The notes beneath the pieces are model-generated. The model searched no databases, was not told where the DNA came from, and saw only the letters and a list, made by a program, of their open reading frames with translations. A DNA stretch of 32,000 bases from Acutalibacteraceae bacterium. GTDB taxonomy: Bacteria; Bacillota; Clostridia; Oscillospirales; Acutalibacteraceae. The position numbers and the translations under genes are program-made. Shown here piece after piece: positions 1 to 7,488 of the stretch (positions are counted from its first letter, which is position 1; each line of letters begins with the position of its first letter). Where the stretch lies: contig JAZSNH010000086.1 in NCBI GenBank assembly GCA_045536305.1, positions 1-32,000 on the forward strand, in the 5' to 3' direction.

Positions 1-9
1 AGCATCAAA

Positions 10-76
10 TTTCACAATGACCGCAGGTCATTATTTCACATTTGCTGCAAGGCAAATATTTCACCAAAAACGGTGA
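10..76. repeat. Three ~24-25-nt periodic units, each TTTCAC plus a short hairpin
   Basis: TTTCAC occurs at 10-15, 34-39 and 59-64. Each copy is followed by a hairpin: 16-22/26-32, 40-45/52-57 and 61-65/72-76. Frames 1 and 2 are open from the window edge to stops at 82-84 and 74-76, so the tail of an upstream gene cannot be excluded. Confidence 0.4.
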
Positions 77-135
77 GAGTTTGAATTTATACGCAAAATT
101 GCCGAATATATCTTTTTTTGCAGCCCATAGACAGT

Positions 136-177
136 AAAGAACCCACATTTCTCGTAGGCAAGTGTGGGTTCTTTTTA
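136..177 (+). terminator. Intrinsic terminator, presumably for a gene or RNA upstream of the window
   Basis: The stem AAAGAACCCACAT (136-148) pairs with GTGTGGGTTCTTT (162-174) and runs into a T-tract (172-176). Confidence 0.6.
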
Positions 178-358
178 ACTAAATCCACCCTATCGGATAG
201 GTGAAATCATCTTCGATGATGAAATTCGGCTCGACGCCGGATATGTGGATTTAATTTCATCTGATATCCTCTATAAATACTACAAATGAGAACTTATGAA
301 AAAAGTCAAACTATCAAGATGTGTTTCCTTATAGAATAATAATCACGGGTGAAAACAA

Positions 359-772
359 ATGAACATATCGAAAAACAGAACAAAAAAAGCAGCTACGAAA
401 AAACAACGTGTTTTTATAGCTGCTTTGGTGACCGCAGGCATATTTGCCGCAGGTCTGGTATATGCTTTTTTTGCTATGAATGGATTGGCGATCCCATGCT
501 TTATTAAGGCTTTGACAGGATTCGATTGCCCGAGCTGCGGAATATCACGAACAGCCCTTGCATTACTGACCTTCCGTTTCGATGAGCTTTTTTCATATAA
601 TCTTATATGGCCGGTGATTCTGTTTTATTTTATGTGGGTATATTTCTTTTCTGTTAAAAGCTATATAAAAAAGGGCGTATTAAATTACGATGCACCAACT
701 GTGCTTGTGGATATTGCTGTTCTTGTGACAGCAATTGTGTGGTGGATAGTCCGCAATATTATGGGAATATAA
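359..772 (+). CDS. DUF2752-like integral membrane protein
   Basis: This is a 137-aa ORF with several hydrophobic helices. The CPxCG motif (FDCPSCGISRT) after the first TM helix is typical of DUF2752. A hairpin terminator overlaps the stop codon. Confidence 0.7.
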   Translation: MNISKNRTKKAATKKQRVFIAALVTAGIFAAGLVYAFFAMNGLAIPCFIKALTGFDCPSCGISRTALALLTFRFDELFSYNLIWPVILFYFMWVYFFSVKSYIKKGVLNYDAPTVLVDIAVLVTAIVWWIVRNIMGI

Positions 773-800
773 AAAAGCAGTCATTATTGACTGCTTTTTT
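771..800. terminator. Bidirectional hairpin terminator between convergent genes
   Basis: The hairpin is AAAAAAGCAGTCA / loop / GACTGCTTTTTT, with an A-tract on one side and a T-tract on the other. Confidence 0.7.
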
Positions 801-810
801 ATAAAGAAAT

Positions 811-1077
811 TTACTGAGCGACTGTATCGGTGGGCATAGCGGGAATACCGCTGTCGATCTTACCGAATGCATTTGCATATTCCTCATCGGTCATCTTAAG
901 AACATTGATGCCGAGGATGATACCCTTGACCATGTTTATGATTGCAAGGACACCGCAGGTAAGAATCCCGAAAATGATTCTCTTAACACCTGTTGCCACC
1001 TGTTTCTGCATAAAGCAGGGAACACCGTAGCTGTTAAATATGATGGTAAGAATGCCGAATGTAGTTTTGTTGACCAT
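811..1077 (-). CDS. Small two-TM membrane protein (TM2-domain-like, tentative)
   Basis: The ORF is 88 aa, with AGGAGG 8 nt upstream of the ATG. Two hydrophobic helices are followed by an acidic tail (MTDEEY). The family assignment is by resemblance only. Confidence 0.55.
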   Translation of the reverse strand: MVNKTTFGILTIIFNSYGVPCFMQKQVATGVKRIIFGILTCGVLAIINMVKGIILGINVLKMTDEEYANAFGKIDSGIPAMPTDTVAQ

Positions 1078-1152
1078 AAAACAACCTCCTGATAAAAATT
1101 ACGCTTATTGCGCTTTATCACTTTAATTATATTCATCACTATAGTGGCTGTC

Positions 1153-1210
1153 AACCTAATAAAAAGAAAAATCAAGGTGTAAATACCTTGATTTTTCTTT
1201 TTATTAGGTT
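1153..1210. terminator. 58-nt perfect palindrome (26-bp stem, 6-nt loop) downstream of the ABC exporter gene
   Basis: AACCTAATAAAAAGAAAAATCAAGGT (1153-1178) is the exact reverse complement of 1185-1210. It begins 6 nt after the ABC gene stop. The U-runs lie inside the stem rather than after it. Confidence 0.5.
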
Positions 1211-1215
1211 AATTA

Positions 1216-3060
1216 TCACTTGTGCTCTGATTCATATTCAAGTATCTGCCTGAATTGAGTCTCGTACAGTTCGCGGTAGGTGCCGTCCTTTGCGAGCAGT
1301 TCCTCATGACTGCCCTGCTCTGCTATAACGCCGTCCTTGACGACCAGTATTCTGTCTGCCTTGAGAATGGTTGAAAGTCTGTGTGCGATCACTATACTGG
1401 TGCGTCCCTCCATAAGTACTTCCAAAGCGTCCTGAATTGCATTTTCGGAAATAGAATCAAGGGCAGAGGTAGCTTCATCAAGAATAAGTATTTCAGGGTT
1501 CTTTAAAATAACACGGGCGATGGAAAGCCGCTGCTTTTCGCCGCCGGAGAGCTTAAGACCGCGGTTTCCGACAACAGTGTCATATCCGTCTGGCTGTGAG
1601 ACGATAAAGTCATGTATGCTTGCTGTGCGGCATGCTTCCTCGATCTCTTCCTGTGTGGCGTCATCCTTGGCGTAGAGAAGATTTTCGCGAATAGTACCGT
1701 TGAACAGGTATGTGTCCTGTGTGACTACACCTATATGCTCGCGAAGATATGTAAGATCAAAGTCGCGGACATCTATGCCGCCGACCGTCACACTTCCGCC
1801 GCAAACATCGTAAAGACGCGGTATAAGGTTGACAACGGTTGACTTGCCCGAGCCGGAAGGTCCGACTATGGCGAACATCTGACCGCCGGGAACGGTAAAG
1901 TCAATATCTGTCAGTAAGGGGATATCGGGAGAATATGAAAAGCTTACATGATCGAAATCGATATCCGCACAGGCAACATCGGGCTTTACACCGTCGGGTT
2001 TTGAAACGATAGTGTTTTCCTTGTCAAAATAATCAAAGATTCTTGTAAACAGTGCAAGTGAGCGTGTAAAATCAACCTGAATGTTAAGCAGTGACTGAAC
2101 AGGACGGTACAGTCGGTTTATAAGAGCGACTGTTGCGGTGATAACACCGACCGTCAGGGTCGGATCTATATTTTTTATAATGAAAAGACCGCCTGCAAAA
2201 TAGATGAGAAGAGGGCCTATCTGAGTGAACATACCCATAATGACCATAAACCATTTGCCGCTTCGCTGTTCCTTGAGAGCGAGCTGCGTGACCTCTTCAT
2301 TGACATCTACAAAGCGTTCATATTCCTTCTTTTCGCGGGTGAAAAGCTTTACGAGAATAGAGCCGCTGACGCTGAGAGTCTCATTTACAAGCTGGTTCAT
2401 CTCGTCATTTTTAGCCTGACTTTCCGTAAGCAGCTTCCAACGGGTCTTACCCACGCTTTTGGTGGGAAGTATCAAAAGCGGAATGACAATAATACCGACA
2501 ATGGCAAGCTCCCAGCTCATGGTAAACAACGCAACGAGAGTTGTGATAACGGTTGCGACATTGCTTACTATACTGGAAAGAGTTCCCGAAATAACCGAGC
2601 TTACGCCGCTGATATCGGTGTTCATTCGTGTGATAATATCGCCCTGCTTTTCCGAGGTGAAAAAAGAGTGCGGCATGTGCTGCAGATGGTCATACATCTG
2701 ATTTTTCATATCGAAGATTATACGCTGTGATATCCAGGCATTGATATAATTTTCAAGTACACCGATTACCTGAGATATGGTCAGAGTTGCAAATGCCATA
2801 AGCAACAACCTTATAAGCAGCTTAAGATCGTTGCCGATCAAAGCCTCGTCAACTATACGCCCTGTGATAATGGAGGGCAGAAGTCCTACACCTGCTGATA
2901 GAAGTATAGCGACAAAAACAAAAATAAATTGCAGCCAATAGGGCTTAAGGTAGCTGAGTATTCTAACAAGCAATCCTTTTGTGACCTTTGGTATATTTTC
3001 CTTTTCTTCATCGGTGAGAAAACCGCGCGGGCCGAGTCCCCGTCCCATTCCTCCTGCCAT
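1216..3060 (-). CDS. ABC transporter, fused permease/ATPase half-transporter (MsbA/multidrug-exporter type)
   Basis: The 614-aa product has an N-terminal six-helix TMD. It carries Walker A GPSGSGKST, the signature LSGGEKQR, Walker B ILILDEATSALD and an H-loop IAHRLST. An AAGGAG SD precedes the ATG. Confidence 0.95.
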   Translation of the reverse strand: MAGGMGRGLGPRGFLTDEEKENIPKVTKGLLVRILSYLKPYWLQFIFVFVAILLSAGVGLLPSIITGRIVDEALIGNDLKLLIRLLLMAFATLTISQVIGVLENYINAWISQRIIFDMKNQMYDHLQHMPHSFFTSEKQGDIITRMNTDISGVSSVISGTLSSIVSNVATVITTLVALFTMSWELAIVGIIVIPLLILPTKSVGKTRWKLLTESQAKNDEMNQLVNETLSVSGSILVKLFTREKKEYERFVDVNEEVTQLALKEQRSGKWFMVIMGMFTQIGPLLIYFAGGLFIIKNIDPTLTVGVITATVALINRLYRPVQSLLNIQVDFTRSLALFTRIFDYFDKENTIVSKPDGVKPDVACADIDFDHVSFSYSPDIPLLTDIDFTVPGGQMFAIVGPSGSGKSTVVNLIPRLYDVCGGSVTVGGIDVRDFDLTYLREHIGVVTQDTYLFNGTIRENLLYAKDDATQEEIEEACRTASIHDFIVSQPDGYDTVVGNRGLKLSGGEKQRLSIARVILKNPEILILDEATSALDSISENAIQDALEVLMEGRTSIVIAHRLSTILKADRILVVKDGVIAEQGSHEELLAKDGTYRELYETQFRQILEYESEHK

Positions 3061-3093
3061 AAAAGCGCACTCCTTGTTTTTTGGAATAATTAC

Positions 3094-3122
3094 ATTATAT
3101 GATTAAATTACTCATAATTCAA
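3094..3122 (-). promoter_or_regulatory. Candidate sigma-A promoter of the ABC exporter gene
   Basis: The minus strand reads TTGAAT-17 nt-TATAAT, about 35 nt upstream of the ATG. It is overlapped by a 10-bp inverted repeat (3095-3104 / 3121-3130). Confidence 0.45.
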
Positions 3123-3174
3123 TCATATAACGAAATATAAATCAACAAAAGAGGATAATAAAGCGGAGATAATG

Positions 3175-3203
3175 TTGACACATAACGGATAAAAACATAT
3201 AAT
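3175..3203 (+). promoter_or_regulatory. Consensus sigma-A promoter for the YczE-like gene
   Basis: The sequence is TTGACA (3175-3180), a 17-nt spacer, then TATAAT (3198-3203), a perfect match to consensus. Confidence 0.6.
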
Positions 3204-3238
3204 ACATTGGTCAATAAATTCGGAAAGAGGAAACTGAT

Positions 3239-3892
3239 TTGAAAACTATGGTCAAAAGAATAATAATGTCTGCCGCAGGCGTCATAATATGCGCGATAAG
3301 TGTAGCGGTGTTCAAAATTGCAGCCTTCGGTGTTGATCCGTTTCAATCGCTTATGAGCGGACTTGATAAGCTTATCCCCATATCCTTTGGTACACTGTAT
3401 GTTATTGTCAATGCTGTTCTTTTGCTGTTCAGTCTTGTCTTTGACAGACACTGCATCGGAATTGCCACATTTATCAATCTTTTTCTTTTGGGGTATATAA
3501 CAGAATTTACACACTCTCTTCTGCTCAAGGTCTTCGATCAGCCCTCACTGCCGCTGAGAATAGTGTGCCTTGCAGTCGGTATAGTTGTAATATGCATCGG
3601 CGCATCTCTTTATATGACTGCAGATCTGGGCGTTTCCACCTACGATGCAATAGCGATTATCTGTGCAAATAAATGGAAGCTGTGGAAATTCAAGTATATA
3701 CGCATCTGCACAGATCTCGTGTGTGTCATATCAGGCGCGCTGCTGTTTGTGCTTGGCGGCGGAGAATGGAAGGCTATACCGACTATTATAGGTATTGGTA
3801 CAATAATAACAGCCTTCTTTATGGGTCCGCTTATTGAGCTGTTCAATGAAAAAATTTCACGACCTATGCTTAGGGAGAAAAAAGCATCTTAA
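3239..3892 (+). CDS. YczE/DUF6198-like integral membrane protein
   Basis: The ORF is 217 aa and polytopic. Its N-terminus (RIIMSAAGVIICAISVAVFKIAAFGVDPFQS) is typical of the YczE family. The TTG at 3239 lies 7 nt after AGAGGA. The ATG at 3248 is an alternative start. Confidence 0.7.
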   Translation: MKTMVKRIIMSAAGVIICAISVAVFKIAAFGVDPFQSLMSGLDKLIPISFGTLYVIVNAVLLLFSLVFDRHCIGIATFINLFLLGYITEFTHSLLLKVFDQPSLPLRIVCLAVGIVVICIGASLYMTADLGVSTYDAIAIICANKWKLWKFKYIRICTDLVCVISGALLFVLGGGEWKAIPTIIGIGTIITAFFMGPLIELFNEKISRPMLREKKAS

Positions 3893-3925
3893 AATCGAAT
3901 TTACAGCAGGAAAGGCTGTGCTGAT

Positions 3926-4771
3926 ATGATAACTCAGTTTCGAATGCGTTTTCCGAATGGGAAAGCAAAAGCTCTTACATTAAGCTACGACGATGGAGTT
4001 GAGCAGGATGTAAGGCTCATTGAAATAATGCGTAAAAACGGCATAAAGGGCACTTTCAATATAAATTCGGGTGAATATCCGCCCGAAGGCCGCAAATGGC
4101 CGCAGGGACAGATACACCGAAGAATGAGTCTTCATCAAAGCCTTAAGGTGTATGAGGGAGAAGATATTGAGATAGCGGTACACGGCACAAACCACCCATT
4201 TTGGGATTCTCAGCCTGCAGCAGCTGCCATGTGGGATATAATCAATGACAGAAGAGCGCTGGAAGAGCAGTTTGGAGGGATCATACGAGGTGCCGCATAT
4301 CCTTACGGAGTCTTTTCCGATAACATTACGGAGATACTCAGATTAGCGGGTATCGTGTACTGCAGAACGGTTGTATCGAGTCATAATTTCGATATGCCCA
4401 AGGATTGGCTGAGACTCGAATCGACTTGTCACCACAATGATGAAGAGCTGTCTGCGCTTATTGATGAGTTTATTGCCGATAAGGAGCCTCAGAGGGAAGC
4501 AAAGCTGTTTTACCTATGGGGACACTCGTATGAGTTTGAAAGGGATAATAACTGGTATGTTATAGAAGAAGCTCTTGAAAAGCTCGGCAGACGAAATGAT
4601 GTATGGTACGCGACGAATATTGAGATATGCAATTATGCTCATGCTTTTTCAGAGCTTGTTTTTTCTGCTGATGCAGGTGTAGTGCATAACCCGACAGCAA
4701 CCGATCTTTGGGGCTATGACGGCGAAAAAACAATAAAAATCGAGGCAGGAGCAACTGTTAGACTTAAATAA
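3926..4771 (+). CDS. Polysaccharide deacetylase (NodB-homology, CE4-like) family protein
   Basis: The 281-aa product has LTLSYDDG (the Asp-Asp metal/catalytic motif), HGTNH and a later WGHSYEF His motif. No signal peptide is evident. Confidence 0.8.
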   Translation: MITQFRMRFPNGKAKALTLSYDDGVEQDVRLIEIMRKNGIKGTFNINSGEYPPEGRKWPQGQIHRRMSLHQSLKVYEGEDIEIAVHGTNHPFWDSQPAAAAMWDIINDRRALEEQFGGIIRGAAYPYGVFSDNITEILRLAGIVYCRTVVSSHNFDMPKDWLRLESTCHHNDEELSALIDEFIADKEPQREAKLFYLWGHSYEFERDNNWYVIEEALEKLGRRNDVWYATNIEICNYAHAFSELVFSADAGVVHNPTATDLWGYDGEKTIKIEAGATVRLK

Positions 4772-4805
4772 AAAATGCCTGTGTAAAAACACAGGCATTT
4801 TTTAT
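4769..4805. terminator. Bidirectional terminator between convergent genes
   Basis: The stem AATGCCTGTG (4774-4783) pairs with CACAGGCATT (4790-4799). It is flanked by an A-run and a T-run. Confidence 0.75.
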
Positions 4806-4814
4806 TTAAGGTCC

Positions 4815-5291
4815 TCACTCTGCAAGCTTATGAAGAGTATCTCCCATAATGCGATATACGGTCCATTCATCCATCGGTACAGCGCCAAGAGAAATATAAA
4901 AATCAATGCTCGGTTTGTTCCAATCGAGACAAGACCATTCAAGTCTGCCGCAGCCTCGCTCAACAGCGATCTGAGCAAGCTTTTTCAAAAGACCTTTGCC
5001 AAAGCCGCGGCCGCGGTATTCGGGTCTGACATAAAGATCCTCAAGGTATATTCCCGCGCGTCCGAGAAATGTGGAGAAGTTGTGAAAGAATAAGGCAAAA
5101 CCAACTTCTCTTTCTCCGTCCAAAGCAAAAATAACCTCTGCTTTTTGCTTTTCGAAGATCCATTCGCTAAGAAGCTCTTTGGTAGCAATAACTTCATCGA
5201 GCATCTTTTCATATTCCGCAAGCTCTTTGATAAAGGATAATATCAAAGCGGTGTCCTTTTCCTCGGCATATCGAAATGTTATTTGTTCCAT
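4815..5291 (-). CDS. GNAT family N-acetyltransferase (diamine/SSAT-like)
   Basis: The 158-aa product has the acetyl-CoA motif A, RPEYRGRGFGKGLL. Its overall layout resembles spermidine/spermine-type acetyltransferases. A GAGG SD precedes the start. Confidence 0.88.
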   Translation of the reverse strand: MEQITFRYAEEKDTALILSFIKELAEYEKMLDEVIATKELLSEWIFEKQKAEVIFALDGEREVGFALFFHNFSTFLGRAGIYLEDLYVRPEYRGRGFGKGLLKKLAQIAVERGCGRLEWSCLDWNKPSIDFYISLGAVPMDEWTVYRIMGDTLHKLAE

Positions 5292-5320
5292 AGTGTACCT
5301 CGCAAGTAGTTTCTTGAAAA

Positions 5321-5349
5321 ATTATGCCTTTTTTGTATCGAAAAGTCAA
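5321..5349 (-). promoter_or_regulatory. Candidate sigma-A promoter of the GNAT gene
   Basis: The minus strand reads TTGACT-17 nt-CATAAT, about 30 nt upstream of the ATG at 5291. Confidence 0.45.
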
Positions 5350-5367
5350 GATAAGTGTTTTAATACA

Positions 5368-5400
5368 ATAAATGCAGGCAGAAACTGCCTGCATTTAAAA
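5368..5400 (-). terminator. Intrinsic terminator of the NuoE/NuoF/GltD-like operon
   Basis: The stem AAATGCAGGCAG / CTGCCTGCATTT (5370-5381 / 5385-5396) is followed on the minus strand by a T-rich tract. Confidence 0.7.
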
Positions 5401-5442
5401 GCAATATGAGTTGGGGCGATTTTAAAAGGTTATAGAAAATTC

Positions 5443-7473
5443 TTATTTCAGAATCTTCAGCGCGCCTGTGGGACAGATATCTGCACACTTATGGCAGTCT
5501 CTGCATGCAGCTATTGCATCACTGCTCTCAAATTCAGGCTTGATAACGGTAGCAAAGCCTCTGTCAACAAGACCTAACAGACCTAAACCAACCTCTTCAC
5601 GGCAGGTACGAACACAGAGATTGCACAGTATACATTTGCCCTGATCACGCTCGATGGAGATAAGTCGCTGTTCCTTGAATGATTTGTGCTTTGCACCTGC
5701 AAAACGCTCAGGTGCAATAGGCTCAAGATTGGCATAGCGAATAAGCTTACAGTCAGCAAAATCATGACAGCCGCACTCAAGACATCTTGCAGCCTCCTTG
5801 CGAGCCTGCTCCTCGGTAAATCCGTTGATAACAGAGTCAAAGCTTGTGCGTCTTGTTTCGGGAGCCTTAACAGACATAACTGCTCTTTGAATCTTTTCTC
5901 TGTCAGACAGCATCTCGGCTGTTACGTTTTTCTTTGAGTAATAGGGCTCAGGGAATACCATAGGCTTGTTATTTAGGTAAGCATCTATTGCCATAGCGGC
6001 ACGATCGCCCTCTGCGATAGCATCAATAGCGATGGAGGCACCGCGGTTGGTTGCATCGCCTGCGGCAAAAACTCCTTCAAGGTTCGTTGTGCAGTTGTTT
6101 TCGTTTGCAGTAACAGTACCTCTGCGTGAAAGCTCAACATCTGCAAGCCCTATGGGGTCACATTTCTGACCGATAGCAGAAATGAGAGTATCAATAGGCA
6201 AGGTTTCAAACTTACCCTCGACAGGCACAGGGGAACGTCTGCCCGATGCGTCCGGTTCGCCGAGCTCCATGATCTGAAGCTTGACAGCCGTTACTCTGCC
6301 GTTTTCACCGATTATTTCGGCAGGATTGGTGAGGAATTTAAATTCGACACCTTCTTCGATAGCCTCGGTGATCTCGATATCCTCAGCAGGTGCCTCTGCT
6401 CTGGTTCTGCGGTAAATAACGTAAACATTTTTAGCGCCGCAGCGAACAGCGGTACGGCAGGCATCCATAGCAGTGTTGCCTCCTCCGACAACAGCGACAT
6501 TCTCTCCGATGTCGGGAATATTGCCCATATTGACTTCTCTGAGGAAATCAATACCGCCGAGTACTCCGTCGAGATCCTCACCGGGACAACCGACATTACT
6601 GCTCTTCCACGCGCCGACAGCAATCAGCACAGCGTCATATTCAGCTCTCAGCTTTTCAATGGTAATCTCTCTGCCAAGCTTTACTCCGTTTTTCATTTCT
6701 ACGCCGACAGAAGCGATAGCGGCAACTTCTTTGGCGAGCACAGCCTTAGGCAGACGATATTCGGGAATGCCGTAACGAAGCATACCGCCCATTTCGGGCA
6801 TGGCATCATAAATGGTAACGGCATGGCCGGCAAGACGCAGATAGTATGCCGCGCTGAGACCTGCAGGACCACCTCCGACAACAGCGACCTTTTTGCCTGT
6901 ATCGTTGGCAGGTACAGACTTATACGGGTCATCGGAGGAGAGATCGTTGTCTGCGGCAAAAGCTTTTAAGTAAGCAATTGAGACAGGTTCTTCGACCAAT
7001 GCTCTGCGGCAGTTTGCTTCGCAGGGGTGAGGACAAACTCTGCCGATAGATGCAGGAATGGGGATTTTTTCCTTAATAATGCGAACGGCCTCTTTGTCAT
7101 TGCCGAGAGCTATCTGTTTTAAATATCCCTGAACGTCGGTACGTGCAGGACAATTAAGGGAGCATGGACCTTTGCAGTCACCTTCGTGGTCACTCATAAT
7201 AAGCTCAAGAGCAATGTTTCGAGCATTTTTTGCTCTACTGCCCTCGGTGCTGATAATCATACCGTCTGTTGCAACGGTAGAGCATGCGCGAAGAAGCTTT
7301 GGCGTACCCTCGGCCTCAACAAGGCACAGTCCGCATGCACCATAGAGCTTTAGGTTGCTGTTATAGCAAAGATTAGGGATCTCTACTCCGTTTTCGGCGG
7401 CGATATTAAGAATGGTGTCGCCCTTTTTTCCGGTCATTTCTATGCCGTTAACAGTAATTTTGATCTGTTCCAT
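5443..7473 (-). CDS. Fe-S/FAD NAD(P)H oxidoreductase subunit: 2Fe-2S domain, GltD/NfnB-like module and C-terminal 2x[4Fe-4S] domain (StnC/Bfu-type)
   Basis: The 676-aa product starts with a NuoG/HydA-type 2Fe-2S Cys pattern (CYNSNLKLYGACGLC...RAC). A GltD-type Fe-S region follows (CSLNCPARTD, CPHPCEANCRR). Two dinucleotide folds are present (VAVVGGGPAGLSAA, VAVVGGGNTAMDAC). The C-terminus has CILCNLCVRTC and CRDCHKCADICP. There is no H-cluster domain. Confidence 0.88.
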   Translation of the reverse strand: MEQIKITVNGIEMTGKKGDTILNIAAENGVEIPNLCYNSNLKLYGACGLCLVEAEGTPKLLRACSTVATDGMIISTEGSRAKNARNIALELIMSDHEGDCKGPCSLNCPARTDVQGYLKQIALGNDKEAVRIIKEKIPIPASIGRVCPHPCEANCRRALVEEPVSIAYLKAFAADNDLSSDDPYKSVPANDTGKKVAVVGGGPAGLSAAYYLRLAGHAVTIYDAMPEMGGMLRYGIPEYRLPKAVLAKEVAAIASVGVEMKNGVKLGREITIEKLRAEYDAVLIAVGAWKSSNVGCPGEDLDGVLGGIDFLREVNMGNIPDIGENVAVVGGGNTAMDACRTAVRCGAKNVYVIYRRTRAEAPAEDIEITEAIEEGVEFKFLTNPAEIIGENGRVTAVKLQIMELGEPDASGRRSPVPVEGKFETLPIDTLISAIGQKCDPIGLADVELSRRGTVTANENNCTTNLEGVFAAGDATNRGASIAIDAIAEGDRAAMAIDAYLNNKPMVFPEPYYSKKNVTAEMLSDREKIQRAVMSVKAPETRRTSFDSVINGFTEEQARKEAARCLECGCHDFADCKLIRYANLEPIAPERFAGAKHKSFKEQRLISIERDQGKCILCNLCVRTCREEVGLGLLGLVDRGFATVIKPEFESSDAIAACRDCHKCADICPTGALKILK

Positions 7474-7488
7474 TTTAAATACGCCTCC

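Noticed and set aside
10-76. A CRISPR-like array, suggested by the 24-25-nt periodicity.
   Set aside because: The conserved part is only about 8 nt (TATTTCAC). There are just three units, and the units are too short for repeat-plus-spacer organisation. No cas genes are present.
180-253. A tRNA or tRNA-like gene, suggested by the cloverleaf shape and 74-nt length.
   Set aside because: The loops are only 3, 3 and 5 nt. There is no T-loop GTTCRA motif, no D-loop features and no 7-nt anticodon loop.
180-253. DnaA boxes or an oriC fragment. AAATCCAC and TGTGGATTT resemble TTATCCACA and TGTGGATAA.
   Set aside because: The matches are only 6-7 of 9. Only two copies exist, and they are each other's complement forming a stem. 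No dnaA or dnaN context is visible in the window.
3119-3514. A 131-aa minus-strand ORF.
   Set aside because: It runs through the consensus promoter and the 5-prime part of the YczE-like gene in antisense. No SD is present.
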